Positions 29,633-39,767 of a stretch of DNA of 64,000 nt are shown in pieces. Source of the DNA: Patescibacteria group bacterium (lineage in GTDB: Bacteria > Patescibacteriota > Microgenomatia > UBA8517). Location of the stretch: contig DATDRP010000006.1 in NCBI GenBank assembly GCA_035291665.1, positions 209,255-273,254 of the forward strand, written 5' to 3'. The number at the start of each line of letters is the position of its first letter. Position 1 is the stretch's first letter. Position numbers and translations under genes: made by a program. A model generated the notes under the pieces. The model was not told where the DNA came from and searched no databases. It worked only from the letters and a program-made list of their open reading frames with translations.

Positions 29633-29863
29633 TTAAGAAGACCGTTTGTTATTTCGGGTGGGGGGTTTACTAATTACGGTCTTTCTTATTATTGTTTCTT
29701 TTGGAAGGACATTAATTAAGGACTTTTCAACAAATGCAGTCAAGCTTAAATCTTCGACAACTGCTTGGGCTCTCGCCTGCTTCAAAATTGAAGGATTAAC
29801 GAAAAGCGTTACTCTTTGTTTATTTATGTTAGTAAGAGCCAAGCCACCAATATTAGTTGTCAT
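29633..29863 (-). CDS. Small putative ribbon-helix-helix DNA-binding protein
   Basis: RVTLFVNPSILKQARAQAVVEDLSLTAFVEKSL has an RHH strand-helix-helix pattern. Confidence 0.6.
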   Translation of the reverse strand: MTTNIGGLALTNINKQRVTLFVNPSILKQARAQAVVEDLSLTAFVEKSLINVLPKETIIRKTVISKPPTRNNKRSS

Positions 29864-29870
29864 ACTTCAT

Positions 29871-29899
29871 ATAGTACTACTAGTTGTAGTACTTGTCAA
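29871..29899 (-). promoter_or_regulatory. Promoter with overlapping palindromic operator
   Basis: TTGACA-17 nt-TACTAT; AGTACTAC-N5-GTAGTACT inverted repeat at 29873-29893. Confidence 0.6.
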
Positions 29900-29977
29900 G
29901 TGTCTTATATTTGAGCTTAGATGAAAAATACGGGTCGGGATTTGCACTCTTCAAATGGAAAGATATATATTTAATTA

Positions 29978-30682
29978 GTGTTCAGGAAAGTTATTTTAGT
30001 ATTAACCATTATTCTACTTGGAGTTGTTTTCACGCCTTCGGCCAGCGCTTCCGGGGACTTAATTAAACCGACTTCACGGTTTTATTTTCTGCAGACTTGG
30101 GGAGAAGAAGTCAGACTTTTATTAACCTTTTCGAAAGATAATAAGATCGATTATCTTCTAACCCTGACGGAAAAAAGAGTTGATGAAATTAGTTCATATC
30201 CCTCATCTTCGGTTTTACAAAGGTATGACAGCAATGTAAATAAATTAAGCCGAATAGCTGAGCAAGTGGAAAATAAAGAGGACGCGGTTGAAAAGATAAA
30301 AGGTGCGAATCTTCGTCAACAGGAGATTTTAGCCAAAGTCTATGCAAAAGTTCCCGACGAAGCCAAAGGAGCAATTGTAAATGCGCAGGAGCAATCTTCA
30401 AAACATGTTGCACAGACAATACAAAATGTTCAAGGTTCCGATAATGCACAGAATTTTACAAACCAAGTAGAACAGATAATAAGAATAGAAAAGGCCGGAC
30501 AGGTTGAACAGGTTCCGATGGAAGGAAGCCCGAATGCTAACCCGGGTGAATTTACCCCGAAAGCCATTAATGGACCTAATGAAATAAAAGGAATACTCCC
30601 GTCAAATCAATCGGGAGATAGTGGCGGTCAAATGCAGCCGGCAGAGCCCGTACAAATTAATCAACAGGGTAGCCAATATTAA
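29978..30682 (+). CDS. Secreted DUF5667-like helical protein
   Basis: Signal peptide; PTSRFYFL..WGEEVRL.LT...EKRVDE. Confidence 0.7.
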   Translation: MFRKVILVLTIILLGVVFTPSASASGDLIKPTSRFYFLQTWGEEVRLLLTFSKDNKIDYLLTLTEKRVDEISSYPSSSVLQRYDSNVNKLSRIAEQVENKEDAVEKIKGANLRQQEILAKVYAKVPDEAKGAIVNAQEQSSKHVAQTIQNVQGSDNAQNFTNQVEQIIRIEKAGQVEQVPMEGSPNANPGEFTPKAINGPNEIKGILPSNQSGDSGGQMQPAEPVQINQQGSQY

Positions 30683-30687
30683 ATGAA

Positions 30688-31638
30688 ATGAAAATCTTAA
30701 AGAAATGGTGGTTTTGGTTAACAATCATACTATTGGTTATTGTCTTGGCTGTATTATTATTTAATTCTTCAAAGAATAAATCTTCATCTTTTACCCCATC
30801 TACCCCCGGTAAAAATCAGGAAACCAATTGGAAAGATGCGGGCGTTGCCGTCAGCGGAAAATATGCCGATGCGGACGTTCTCGATTTGGGAAATGGAAAA
30901 TTCAGAATGTATTATAGCGTTGAACCGGAAGTGCAGGGGAATAAATTGGAAATGTATTCATCCGTTTCTTCTGACGGAATAAAATGGACAAAAGAAGAGG
31001 GGGCAAGAAAGGAATTTGCAACATTTCCGGATGCAGTCAAATTACCGGATGGAACATTCAGATTATATTTTCAGAATGCCGGTGTAATTAAAAGCGCGGT
31101 ATCTTCCGATGGATTGACTTGGAAAGATGAGACAGGAACAAGGATAGGAAATGATGAGAAAGGCTTCAGCTTGGACAATGTTGGAGCACAAACAACAACT
31201 CAATTAAAAGATGGGACATATATTATTGTTTACCGGGGGTTGGAAAATAAGCCGTATGGAAATGAAAAATTACCAAATAATACAACTTCTTACTTTTTCT
31301 ATGCGACGTCCCCGGACGGAATTAATTTTACAAAAAAAGGCATTGCTTTGGATTCCCGGAATTCCACCTTAAAAGGTTTTGTTGATGGAGCGGAATGGGT
31401 GAAATGGGACGACAATGACCTGCGTCTTTATTTTTGGACCTACTCAGGGATCTATCATATTAATTTTCAAAACGGTGCATTTATCGATAAACCCACCTTT
31501 GACTTCAGCAATAATCCGAACCAGCCAATGCCTTCCAATCCCCCGGGTGATCCGACTTTAATTAAGATTGGCAGTTCTTGGTACATGTATTACGGTCAAC
31601 ATACCAAAGGCATTTACTACGCAACTTTAACAAAATAA
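30688..31638 (+). CDS. Membrane-anchored beta-propeller glycoside hydrolase-like protein
   Basis: N-terminal TM; repeated RMYY/RLYF and SxDGxxW Asp-box motifs. Confidence 0.7.
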   Translation: MKILKKWWFWLTIILLVIVLAVLLFNSSKNKSSSFTPSTPGKNQETNWKDAGVAVSGKYADADVLDLGNGKFRMYYSVEPEVQGNKLEMYSSVSSDGIKWTKEEGARKEFATFPDAVKLPDGTFRLYFQNAGVIKSAVSSDGLTWKDETGTRIGNDEKGFSLDNVGAQTTTQLKDGTYIIVYRGLENKPYGNEKLPNNTTSYFFYATSPDGINFTKKGIALDSRNSTLKGFVDGAEWVKWDDNDLRLYFWTYSGIYHINFQNGAFIDKPTFDFSNNPNQPMPSNPPGDPTLIKIGSSWYMYYGQHTKGIYYATLTK

Positions 31639-31641
31639 AAA

Positions 31642-32634
31642 TTGATTAAATATAAAGGCAAAACAAGCGGTTTATTAAAAGCTTTTAAAATTTCTATCGG
31701 TTTAATTCTTTTGGGAATTGTAGCCTTTCTGGGATTTGAGTTTATACCCGGTTTTTTTAAATCCGGAACCGGTAGTCCTTCTTCAAGCAAAGATGTAGTT
31801 GATCTATCGCCTGATCAATATCAAATTAAATCGGTAAATTTACTGGGGTTGGATAAAATAATCGAAACATCCCATTTCTCCATATATTTTCATAGCGGGA
31901 ATGAAGACGAGGCGCGTCAATTGATTACTATTTGCGAGAATGATTACCCTTCGCTTTCGAAATTCTTTGAGAGTACCCCCAAGACAGAGGTTCTATTGAC
32001 TTATGACGCCGATGAATATGTTAATGTTTTTAATGCTGCTCCGCCTTGGGCAGGCGCCGATAGATATAAAGACCCGAAAACTTCAGCCGGGTCTTTCTGT
32101 CCCAGCTGTACAAAAAGTCTAAAAAACGAAACGGAATATATTTATATGCTTCGTCCCGGAATGAAGTCATTTGCTCATGAGATTTCCCATCGCTACTATT
32201 GGTCCAATTACAAAAATCTGCGATTTAATAATGATCTTACATGGCTCAACGAAGGTTTAGCCGTTTATGTTCAGAATGAAATTGCCAAAGGTCCCGGCGG
32301 ATTATCATCAACATCGCTTCCGAATATTAAGAAATTTACCCTACCGGAGAGTTTTTCGGAACTTAACCAGCTTCAGCAGACAGGCTCAACTGATATGTTT
32401 TATGATTTGGTGGGTTTGATGGCTTATTACATTTCGGACCGATCTTCCGATCCGGGACTAAAGAAATTCATCGACGATTTAAACCAAACGAAGGATCTTG
32501 ATAAAACATCACAAAAAATTCTGAATATGAATTCCAACCAACTATTTACCGGATGGAAAGAAAATGTTGAAAAGGTAGCCGCGGGGAATCCAAAAGACTT
32601 CCTAACCAGTTTCAGATCGCAAACTCAAAAATAA
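31642..32634 (+). CDS. Membrane-anchored MA-clan metallopeptidase-like protein
   Basis: AHEISH ... WLNEGLA gluzincin motif. Confidence 0.72.
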   Translation: MIKYKGKTSGLLKAFKISIGLILLGIVAFLGFEFIPGFFKSGTGSPSSSKDVVDLSPDQYQIKSVNLLGLDKIIETSHFSIYFHSGNEDEARQLITICENDYPSLSKFFESTPKTEVLLTYDADEYVNVFNAAPPWAGADRYKDPKTSAGSFCPSCTKSLKNETEYIYMLRPGMKSFAHEISHRYYWSNYKNLRFNNDLTWLNEGLAVYVQNEIAKGPGGLSSTSLPNIKKFTLPESFSELNQLQQTGSTDMFYDLVGLMAYYISDRSSDPGLKKFIDDLNQTKDLDKTSQKILNMNSNQLFTGWKENVEKVAAGNPKDFLTSFRSQTQK

Positions 32635-32643
32635 ATCAGTAGA

Positions 32644-33021
32644 CTATTCAACTACCACTTTTCCAACCATTGATGGATGAAGTCCGCAGCTATAATCAAA
32701 ACTTCCCTTTTCCGTAAAAGTAAATTCAAATTTATCGCCCTTCATTAAGGTGGACGAATTAAAAGTATCCGACTTAATTGTATGAGTTACCGAATCTTGA
32801 TTTACCCATGTTACTTTTGTACCCGCCTTAACAGTTAAGGCTCCGGGACTAAAAGTGAAATTTTGGATGTTTACTACGTTAGCAGCTTCTCCGGTTTGTG
32901 ATTGTTGAGCCGGTTGTGTTGAATTTTGTTGGTTTGACGAATATTTATTTTTCGTAAAATAAATAAAACCGCCTACAACAACTATTAATAAAACAATTCC
33001 GATGACAATTTTATTATTCGT
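32644..33021 (-). CDS. Plastocyanin/amicyanin-like cupredoxin, non-canonical (ACG or ATA) start; absent from ORF track
   Basis: TM anchor, FTFSP..LTVKAGTKVTWVNQDSVTHT, YSCGLHPSMVGKVVVE type-1 Cu ligands; GGAGGGGGTG SD upstream. Confidence 0.82.
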   Translation of the reverse strand, partial: TNNKIVIGIVLLIVVVGGFIYFTKNKYSSNQQNSTQPAQQSQTGEAANVVNIQNFTFSPGALTVKAGTKVTWVNQDSVTHTIKSDTFNSSTLMKGDKFEFTFTEKGSFDYSCGLHPSMVGKVVVE

Positions 33022-33109
33022 ATTTATGCACCCCCTCCAAGTTAGTCTCTAACCATATTATACAAGTTAACTGCCAAATTAAAGGGGAATGAGAAGACAA
33101 ATTTGAAGA

Positions 33110-34702
33110 TTAATTACCCCCGAGTTCAACGATTACTTTATCTATTTCTTCTTTAGTAAGGATCATCCAGGGAGAACTGTCGGGGTTTGATGTTGATGCA
33201 GCCGGACTGTCCCCCTGAGTCCACCATTTTGCCTGATAGGGAATGCCGTTAAAAAGCACCCTCTGGCCGTCATCATAAACTGTCTCACCTGACCATACCG
33301 GATAAATTCCTGCCGGAAGTGTCACCTGGGGAATGGGTTTTTCTCCGGGTAAAACCGGCCCGATGAGTTGCCAGGGAGTTTCCCATGATTGTAGGACCGG
33401 GTTATCGGGAAGATTACCTTGCGTCCACCATTTTGCCTGATATACACTTTGATGCCAAACCACTTTTGTTCCTTGCAAATAAGTTCCCGATTCACTCCAG
33501 ATTTGATAGGGACTTTCATCGGGGTTATCAGGTTTTTGCTTCGTTGCAGGACTTTCAACCGTTATTAAAGATGCGTTACCGCTAATATCTCCGGCAAATC
33601 CCCTGCCAAGAATATTTGTAAAAGCGGACTTTTCCTGCTTTATGCCGCTGCAGGAGTCGGATACGACGCTTATGTTTACATAATTTTCCCCGCACTCGAC
33701 ATCCCTATTTCCCGACCATATTGATATTCTGGCAATGCCTTTTGAGATCGCAAATTCATTCAAACCGGCGGCATCTTCCAGAGTGAATATTTCATCCGCA
33801 AAATCATTTTGGCCGATCATCGGGGTTGCACCGATTTTTGTCCAAAGGGTCGAATCACTAAGGTTTTTTCCCGATTGATTGTACAAAATTCGAAGTTGCC
33901 GGTGAGTTTCGGTTAACGCCATTTCCGAGGCTTGCTGCATGGTTTGGTTCTTTTCCCGGCTTGCACCGTAATCCATAGTCATGACATTTACACCCGCCAA
34001 GTCAACACCTTCCGATAACATCGCAGAAACTGCATTAGTTCCGTCCTGGGTGAGTCCCTGCGGAGAAACGGGTAAAGTCAGCCAAACAGCAAGGCTTTTT
34101 CCTTCAAGTCTTTTAGTTTTTTGAAGTTCAGCAACAACCATTCCCCTTCGCTTCAATGCATCTGGATCAGTGAGGCCGTTGCCTTCAAGATCAAGGTCAA
34201 TCGTATCAATACCATAGCGGTCAATTACAGATTTATACGCTTCAATCAGATTCCCTTGATCTTCACATTTGACTGCAAGCTCATCGTTTCGTAAACCGCC
34301 AAATGATACAGCGATATTGCCCTGCTTTTGCCTGAAAAGAGCAATCCGCCTGTCAAGATCAAGCTGAACTCCGGCTTCGTCAAGCGTGTACGCTCCTCCC
34401 CAGGCGGGTGTACAAGTGTCTTTTGCGGAAGAAACAATAAATGACAAAACCGCATTATTTGATAAACTTTTGCCGTCGATATGCTCAAAATCAAATATTG
34501 GTGTTGCGGTAACATCCACATATTCGGCAAACCAGGGTTTGACGTTTACCGATAAATAATTATCCTTAAACCTTTGCAAGCTCCAAAAAATACTCCAGGA
34601 GATACCCGCAAGCATAAGAAGGGCAAGGATCACCCTCCAAGGAGAAAGTCGTCTTCTTTTTTCTGTATTGACAGTTGTTGAGGTTGCATCTATTTTACTC
34701 AT
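33110..34702 (-). CDS. GH18 chitinase-like protein with two C-terminal CBM5/12 modules
   Basis: SFGG, IDLDLE (DxDxE), NVMTMDY, YQAKWWTQG twice. Confidence 0.85.
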   Translation of the reverse strand: MSKIDATSTTVNTEKRRRLSPWRVILALLMLAGISWSIFWSLQRFKDNYLSVNVKPWFAEYVDVTATPIFDFEHIDGKSLSNNAVLSFIVSSAKDTCTPAWGGAYTLDEAGVQLDLDRRIALFRQKQGNIAVSFGGLRNDELAVKCEDQGNLIEAYKSVIDRYGIDTIDLDLEGNGLTDPDALKRRGMVVAELQKTKRLEGKSLAVWLTLPVSPQGLTQDGTNAVSAMLSEGVDLAGVNVMTMDYGASREKNQTMQQASEMALTETHRQLRILYNQSGKNLSDSTLWTKIGATPMIGQNDFADEIFTLEDAAGLNEFAISKGIARISIWSGNRDVECGENYVNISVVSDSCSGIKQEKSAFTNILGRGFAGDISGNASLITVESPATKQKPDNPDESPYQIWSESGTYLQGTKVVWHQSVYQAKWWTQGNLPDNPVLQSWETPWQLIGPVLPGEKPIPQVTLPAGIYPVWSGETVYDDGQRVLFNGIPYQAKWWTQGDSPAASTSNPDSSPWMILTKEEIDKVIVELGGN

Positions 34703-34706
34703 AGTT

Positions 34707-36989
34707 TTATGTCAGGCTTTGCTGAGGGACAACCCCTTTTGCTTCACCGTGGTAAAGAACCGCTTTCCAATCCACGTCAACCTTACTTTCAACTTTATTT
34801 TGCGTCACTTTAACGGGTTTATCTTCAATATAAAGCCAGTCTGTCAGGTTAAGCCATATGTCTTTAAACATATTACCGATGCCGATATAGGCAACAATTG
34901 CCCATGAAGCTGCGAAGGCATTAAATCCTGCAAAGAATGCATTACCCCAATTCTGAATAATTATATTTCGCCATACGGTGAATATAGAAAACCCGACAAT
35001 CAAAAGCGGCACGATGATAAATTGAAGCGAAGCCGGAGTCCGGTCTTTCACTTTCGGAGTACGGGCAAAGGGTATCTTTTTCCCGGTTATTGCCTGTTCA
35101 ATTGACTTTAATACTCCTGCGAGATTAACGGGTAGCATTATCAAGTTGAATCCATAAATTCGAAAAATATCGCTGTATTTGTATCCGCAATATTTCAGGT
35201 CGCTGGCCATAGCTGTAAAGTAAGGAACAGCAGCAAGAAGTACAAGCGGGCTTAACAGCCGGCCGTCGTACGGATATGCCAAAAGAAAGATTAAGCCGAA
35301 TGTCGCCCAGGCAATGGACGCCATATAATTAAGCCGGAGCATAAATTCAGTTCGCGAAACTTCATCGTTTCTGTTTTTTCTCACCTGAATCTGCGAAAAC
35401 AGCTTAGGCATAATAAGGAGTCCTCCATTTGCCCAGCGCCTGCGCTGAACCACCAGTGATCCGAAATCCGGAGGGGTTGCACTATAGCTCAGGCGTTCCG
35501 GATAATTCATGAGCTGCCATCCGTGAAATGTTAAGTCTATGCTAGATTCGGTGTCTTCAATAACGGTTCGGTCCTGAATAAAACGCTTTACAATAAAGCC
35601 GTTTTGCAATTCATTTTCAACAATGTCGTTCAGAGCGATTTTACGAATAACTGCATTAGCTCCTACCCAGAAAGTTGCGCCAAAATAGCTCATCCCTTGG
35701 TGAAGAATATGTTGGATATCAGTGGTTGCACCGGCCAACCGCTCGATTCGAGTATAAGCACCTCGGAAAGATGAGTATGGTGTTTGGGCAACCGCTATCC
35801 GGGCATTTTCAGGCTGTTTTAAAAAATAAACCAACCTCAAGCAATATTCTCTGAGTAAAATTGAATCCGCGTCAAGCGTAAGCAGAAACTCACTATCCGG
35901 AACTGTCAGATTATTAACATTTTTCTTATTTGTCGGTGTAAGGATAATTCCATTAGGCGAATTTTCTTTACGGAAAGTTCCACCCATAAGACCAATATAA
36001 GAATTGAGGTTCATAGCCTTATTGACTTCGTGAGAAAGCGAGACATACTTTTTGCGTTCAAAAACGCTCACATCTCCCTTGAATGTCCATGATAAACGCA
36101 GATATAACTGGTGAATACGGTCTCTTGAGAGTTTTACACCTTCCTTTGCGGACAAATTCAAAGCTTGAGCTACCAAATTTAAATCTTCCGCAAGTTTTTT
36201 AAGTACCTGATCAGCAAAAAAGACATCAACGTGGTCGTCGATTTTTTCTTTTTCAGCCATTTCGTTTAACCAGGCTGATGCCCATTTATAATGAGACGCC
36301 AAAGTTTTTATATCCCCGGTTGTTACGGAATTCTTGATCGGATTATTTTCAAAGCAATTTAGCGCCTTTTTGAATCGGCTGTAAGGCACGGAAAGATAGG
36401 ATTTTATATCCTTGCCAAGATTGCGTGCGCCAATCAAGCGGGCGGCATCTGCCGGATTTGTCGGATAAGGTTTATCATCGAGAAGCAGGATTATTCTCAG
36501 ATTGGGATATTCCTGTAAAGCTGCCGAAAGAAGAGTCTTTCGGATGACTTCATTTTCCTCATTGTAAGAAGGGACCAAAACTGTGATTGCCGGTTGATTT
36601 TTGCTGAAATATTTCTCAAGAATTGCCCTTGGGGTTCTTTCGTGGGCGGCGAATCGTTCAAGCGCCCCGTGGCGGGAAATAAGATACATCAAAGACGAGA
36701 AGGTAAGAAACGAAACGACGAGTGAATAGCTGAATGCCTCCATCGTGAATTGATAATTTTGAGGTCCATCCAAAAGCTGACGGATGATGATTGAAAATAT
36801 ATAAACAAGCCAAAAAACGATCGTAAACATGATACTTAAACGGCTGAGCGTTAATTTGAAAGTTGACGGTTTGTCATGAAAGATTGATAGAGGAGTAGTA
36901 CTTTTTTCAGCACCCCACTGACGTTTTCTTAACTTTTTAATTCTTTGTTTCAAATTTTTCATATTCATGATCAATTTATATTTCCACAT
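34707..36989 (-). CDS. Processive GT2 glycosyltransferase (cellulose synthase-like)
   Basis: VPSYNE, LLDD, KAMNLN, LDAD, QTP, IEDT, QRRRWANG and TM helices. Confidence 0.88.
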   Translation of the reverse strand: MWKYKLIMNMKNLKQRIKKLRKRQWGAEKSTTPLSIFHDKPSTFKLTLSRLSIMFTIVFWLVYIFSIIIRQLLDGPQNYQFTMEAFSYSLVVSFLTFSSLMYLISRHGALERFAAHERTPRAILEKYFSKNQPAITVLVPSYNEENEVIRKTLLSAALQEYPNLRIILLLDDKPYPTNPADAARLIGARNLGKDIKSYLSVPYSRFKKALNCFENNPIKNSVTTGDIKTLASHYKWASAWLNEMAEKEKIDDHVDVFFADQVLKKLAEDLNLVAQALNLSAKEGVKLSRDRIHQLYLRLSWTFKGDVSVFERKKYVSLSHEVNKAMNLNSYIGLMGGTFRKENSPNGIILTPTNKKNVNNLTVPDSEFLLTLDADSILLREYCLRLVYFLKQPENARIAVAQTPYSSFRGAYTRIERLAGATTDIQHILHQGMSYFGATFWVGANAVIRKIALNDIVENELQNGFIVKRFIQDRTVIEDTESSIDLTFHGWQLMNYPERLSYSATPPDFGSLVVQRRRWANGGLLIMPKLFSQIQVRKNRNDEVSRTEFMLRLNYMASIAWATFGLIFLLAYPYDGRLLSPLVLLAAVPYFTAMASDLKYCGYKYSDIFRIYGFNLIMLPVNLAGVLKSIEQAITGKKIPFARTPKVKDRTPASLQFIIVPLLIVGFSIFTVWRNIIIQNWGNAFFAGFNAFAASWAIVAYIGIGNMFKDIWLNLTDWLYIEDKPVKVTQNKVESKVDVDWKAVLYHGEAKGVVPQQSLT

Positions 36990-37192
36990 ATCGTATAATT
37001 ACGAACATATACTATAGATATCTATTTGTAATCGTGCGTGGATCAAGAGGTGTTATTATAGGCTATAAACAGTATTTATTCAAGCGAAGTTATATGAAAT
37101 CCCCGTTCGTTAATCTGAAGGAAAAGCTGTCCAAATGCCATGATGGTACGAAGTATGAATTTATTCGTAATATTGTATGCTAAAATGCACTT

Positions 37193-37807
37193 ATGGATGA
37201 AAAAATTTTATTCCTAATTCAGCAAGCGGGTACGCTTATGAATATGCCCAGAAGCCACAAAAAACATCTTGGTACTGCCTTTGATACAGTCGCATCTCAC
37301 AGCTTCCATGTTGCTGTGATTGCCTATTGTGTAGCAAGAATGGAAAGGCTGGATAACGAAGCGGCAGCGAAGGCTGCATTAATGGGCCTTTTTCATGATT
37401 TGGTGGAAGCAAGAACCGGAGACGTTGATTTTGTAGGCAAACATTATACGACTACCGATGAAAAGCAAGCTGTGAAAGACCAATTTGATATCAAGGATTT
37501 CGGGAAAGACTTGGTTGGTTTAATAGAAGATTTTGAAGATCGAACTTCTCTGGAAGCAAAGTGCGCGAAGGATGCCGATAGCCTTGAGCAGCTTTATCAG
37601 GAATGGGTACTTTCATGGCAGGGAAATAAACTGGCGAATAAGTGGTTTGAGTCCGACTTCAAGGACAGGGTGCCCGGACTGAGGACGGAATCGGCGAAGA
37701 TGTTAGCCAACAAAATGAAAGACAGTAATCCGCAGGAGTGGTGGTGGTCGCAGTTTGTCAAAGATGACATGGCAATTGATAGAGAAAAATTACTTGGGAA
37801 AAAATAA
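37193..37807 (+). CDS. HD domain protein (YfbR/5'-deoxynucleotidase-like)
   Basis: PR, ASHS, FHDLVEARTGD, KDAD. Confidence 0.82.
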   Translation: MDEKILFLIQQAGTLMNMPRSHKKHLGTAFDTVASHSFHVAVIAYCVARMERLDNEAAAKAALMGLFHDLVEARTGDVDFVGKHYTTTDEKQAVKDQFDIKDFGKDLVGLIEDFEDRTSLEAKCAKDADSLEQLYQEWVLSWQGNKLANKWFESDFKDRVPGLRTESAKMLANKMKDSNPQEWWWSQFVKDDMAIDREKLLGKK

Positions 37808-38006
37808 TTCTCTCAAAGTAGGTCACAACAATAATTTCTATCCAAAGGTCCCTTCTAAATGCTTAGTTTTTTTCTAATACCAATTTTTTTAGATTCCGAA
37901 AAAAACTGAAGAAATATGAAGGGTGTCGAGTCAAACTAGACTTTAACCAAGTTGGACTTGATGCAAATCCATTCCTTCCCGCGGGTGAAATTCTATTTGA
38001 GAAAGA

Positions 38007-38321
38007 TTACACAGCCTGAATATGAAGCTTTTTTTCAATTTTTTCAATCCGATTTAATATTAAGGGTCTTTCTTCTCTGGCTGTAACAACTTCCTTCAAA
38101 ATAGGATCTATTTTTGTAAAGAATTCACTTTTAAATTCTATGAGTTTTTCTTCGAATTTCTCTTCCTGTTCATCCAATTTACTCCCAAATTTTCTTTCCT
38201 GTTCATCCAATTTACCACCAAATCTTCGTTCCTGTTCATCCAATTTTTCACTAATTATTTGATCAAGTTTTAACTCGAATGCATCCAAACGTTCATCTAA
38301 ATCTTTTTTAGTTAATACCAT
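38007..38321 (-). CDS. Coiled-coil hypothetical protein with 11-aa repeats
   Basis: KLDEQERRFGG / KLDEQERKFGS / KLDEQEEKFEE. Confidence 0.7.
   Translation of the reverse strand: MVLTKKDLDERLDAFELKLDQIISEKLDEQERRFGGKLDEQERKFGSKLDEQEEKFEEKLIEFKSEFFTKIDPILKEVVTAREERPLILNRIEKIEKKLHIQAV
38150..38246. repeat. 33-bp tandem repeat (about 3 units) in coding sequence
   Basis: TTCCTGTTCATCCAATTT at 38163, 38196, 38229. Confidence 0.85.
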
Positions 38322-38525
38322 AGTTTATTAAACTTCATGAAAGAGGTGGTGTCAATCTGAAAAACCTTGTTAAATTTGCGAAGTCATTCGAAATATTAAC
38401 GAAGTAGGAAAGAAATCCGGGGGAGTGCGGAGCTGCGTTTGACGCGGCGAATCGTATATCATTATTCGCTAAAACTCACGACTTTAAGAATGAAAAGGAA
38501 AGAACTTTTTTACAGAAGGTTTGGT

Positions 38526-38750
38526 TTACATATATGGATCCAGAAGCACGGCAAGTTCGTCGACAGAATCGGGGAAGTCGGTCTCATTTTCCGACAGTTC
38601 TTTTAACGCGTAGTTTAAATCTTCCCATTGATCAGTGGTGATGACATCGGTGGAATGTATATCATTGAGATTGGAAAGTAGTGAGCCCCAAGTTGATTCT
38701 TCGGTTGTATTCCAAAGCTCTTTTAATATTTTTTTGTTTACATCTGCCAT
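38526..38750 (-). CDS. Small acidic hypothetical protein
   Basis: 74-aa ORF. Confidence 0.6.
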   Translation of the reverse strand: MADVNKKILKELWNTTEESTWGSLLSNLNDIHSTDVITTDQWEDLNYALKELSENETDFPDSVDELAVLLDPYM

Positions 38751-38839
38751 ACAGGTATTATATCAAACAGGTTACGGGTTATTTTTTTCGGTGTGTTCGA
38801 AAGCTACACACCGGGTGTGGGTAAATGATTCAATAGAAC

Positions 38840-38901
38840 AAAGTCGAAGAGTTTGGGATAAGGGTATAGGGTGTAAGGCTATTTGCACCCTAAGGGTGTA
38901 A
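38840..38901. repeat. Cassette-boundary repeat copy 1 (long form)
   Basis: AAAGTCGAAGAGTTTGGGATAAGGGTATAGGGTGTAA-GGCTAT-TTGCACCCTAAGGGTGTAA. Confidence 0.9.
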
Positions 38902-38922
38902 TATTGATTGGGGGTGATATAT

Positions 38923-39657
38923 ATGAATATGAAAAACGTCCTTCTAAGTTTGTGTACTTTCGCGTTATTATTAGGCTTGTTTACACTTCCGGCTCAAGCA
39001 GCTACTTTCTTAGATGATTTTAATGATGGAAATGCTGATGGATGGGACTTAAGTCAAACAGAACACCCATTATTAAATATTGGTAATTGGAGAGTTGTTG
39101 ATGGAAAATTAGTTCAAGATACAGGTTATGATGGTGTTCTTGCTTTATTACCGAACCAATACTCAGATCAAACAGATGAAACCTTACTAAAAGTTTATGG
39201 CCCTTCGGGTGCAACAGGATTTGTTATTTGGTATAAAGATAAAACCAATAGTGTATCAGTACTTGTTGCCAATGGACTAATTGGGGTTGCAGAAGTTTAC
39301 AACAATGTTTGGACTAATTATTCCTTCCCAGTAACATTTAACATTAACGAAGACAGATGGGCAGACCTTAAAGTAGAAGCAAACAGTCTTAATGGAGAAA
39401 TAAAGGTTTATTTGGACGGAACTTATTTGTTTACTTATAACGCAACTGCACCCAATCGTGTTGGTCAAACTGGATTTAAACAAGGAAATGCCGGTGGAGC
39501 ACATGATTACATCAGTATAATTACTCCTGATCCTAGTCCGACTAACAAAGATCAGTGTAAAAATGATGACTGGAAAACTTATGGTGAATTTAAAAACCAA
39601 GGAGATTGTATTTCTTTTGTAGTGACACGTGGTAATAGTTCACCAGCAGGTCAGTAG
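38923..39657 (+). CDS. Secreted concanavalin-A/DUF1080-like beta-sandwich protein
   Basis: Signal peptide AQA, DDFNDGNADGW...W.V.DG; C-terminal PTNKDQCK..W....FKNQGDCIS motif; GGGGGTGA SD. Confidence 0.75.
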   Translation: MNMKNVLLSLCTFALLLGLFTLPAQAATFLDDFNDGNADGWDLSQTEHPLLNIGNWRVVDGKLVQDTGYDGVLALLPNQYSDQTDETLLKVYGPSGATGFVIWYKDKTNSVSVLVANGLIGVAEVYNNVWTNYSFPVTFNINEDRWADLKVEANSLNGEIKVYLDGTYLFTYNATAPNRVGQTGFKQGNAGGAHDYISIITPDPSPTNKDQCKNDDWKTYGEFKNQGDCISFVVTRGNSSPAGQ

Positions 39658-39736
39658 ATCTTGAATAAACAGATTCTTTAATTGCAGGGGAACGAAAGCA
39701 TCCCTACTTTTTATCATTTATAAAAATATTACATTG

Positions 39737-39762
39737 AAGCTATTTGCACTCTAAGGGTGCAA
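39737..39762. repeat. Cassette-boundary repeat copy 2 (short form)
   Basis: AAGCTATTTGCACTCTAAGGGTGCAA. Confidence 0.88.
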
Positions 39763-39767
39763 CAAAC

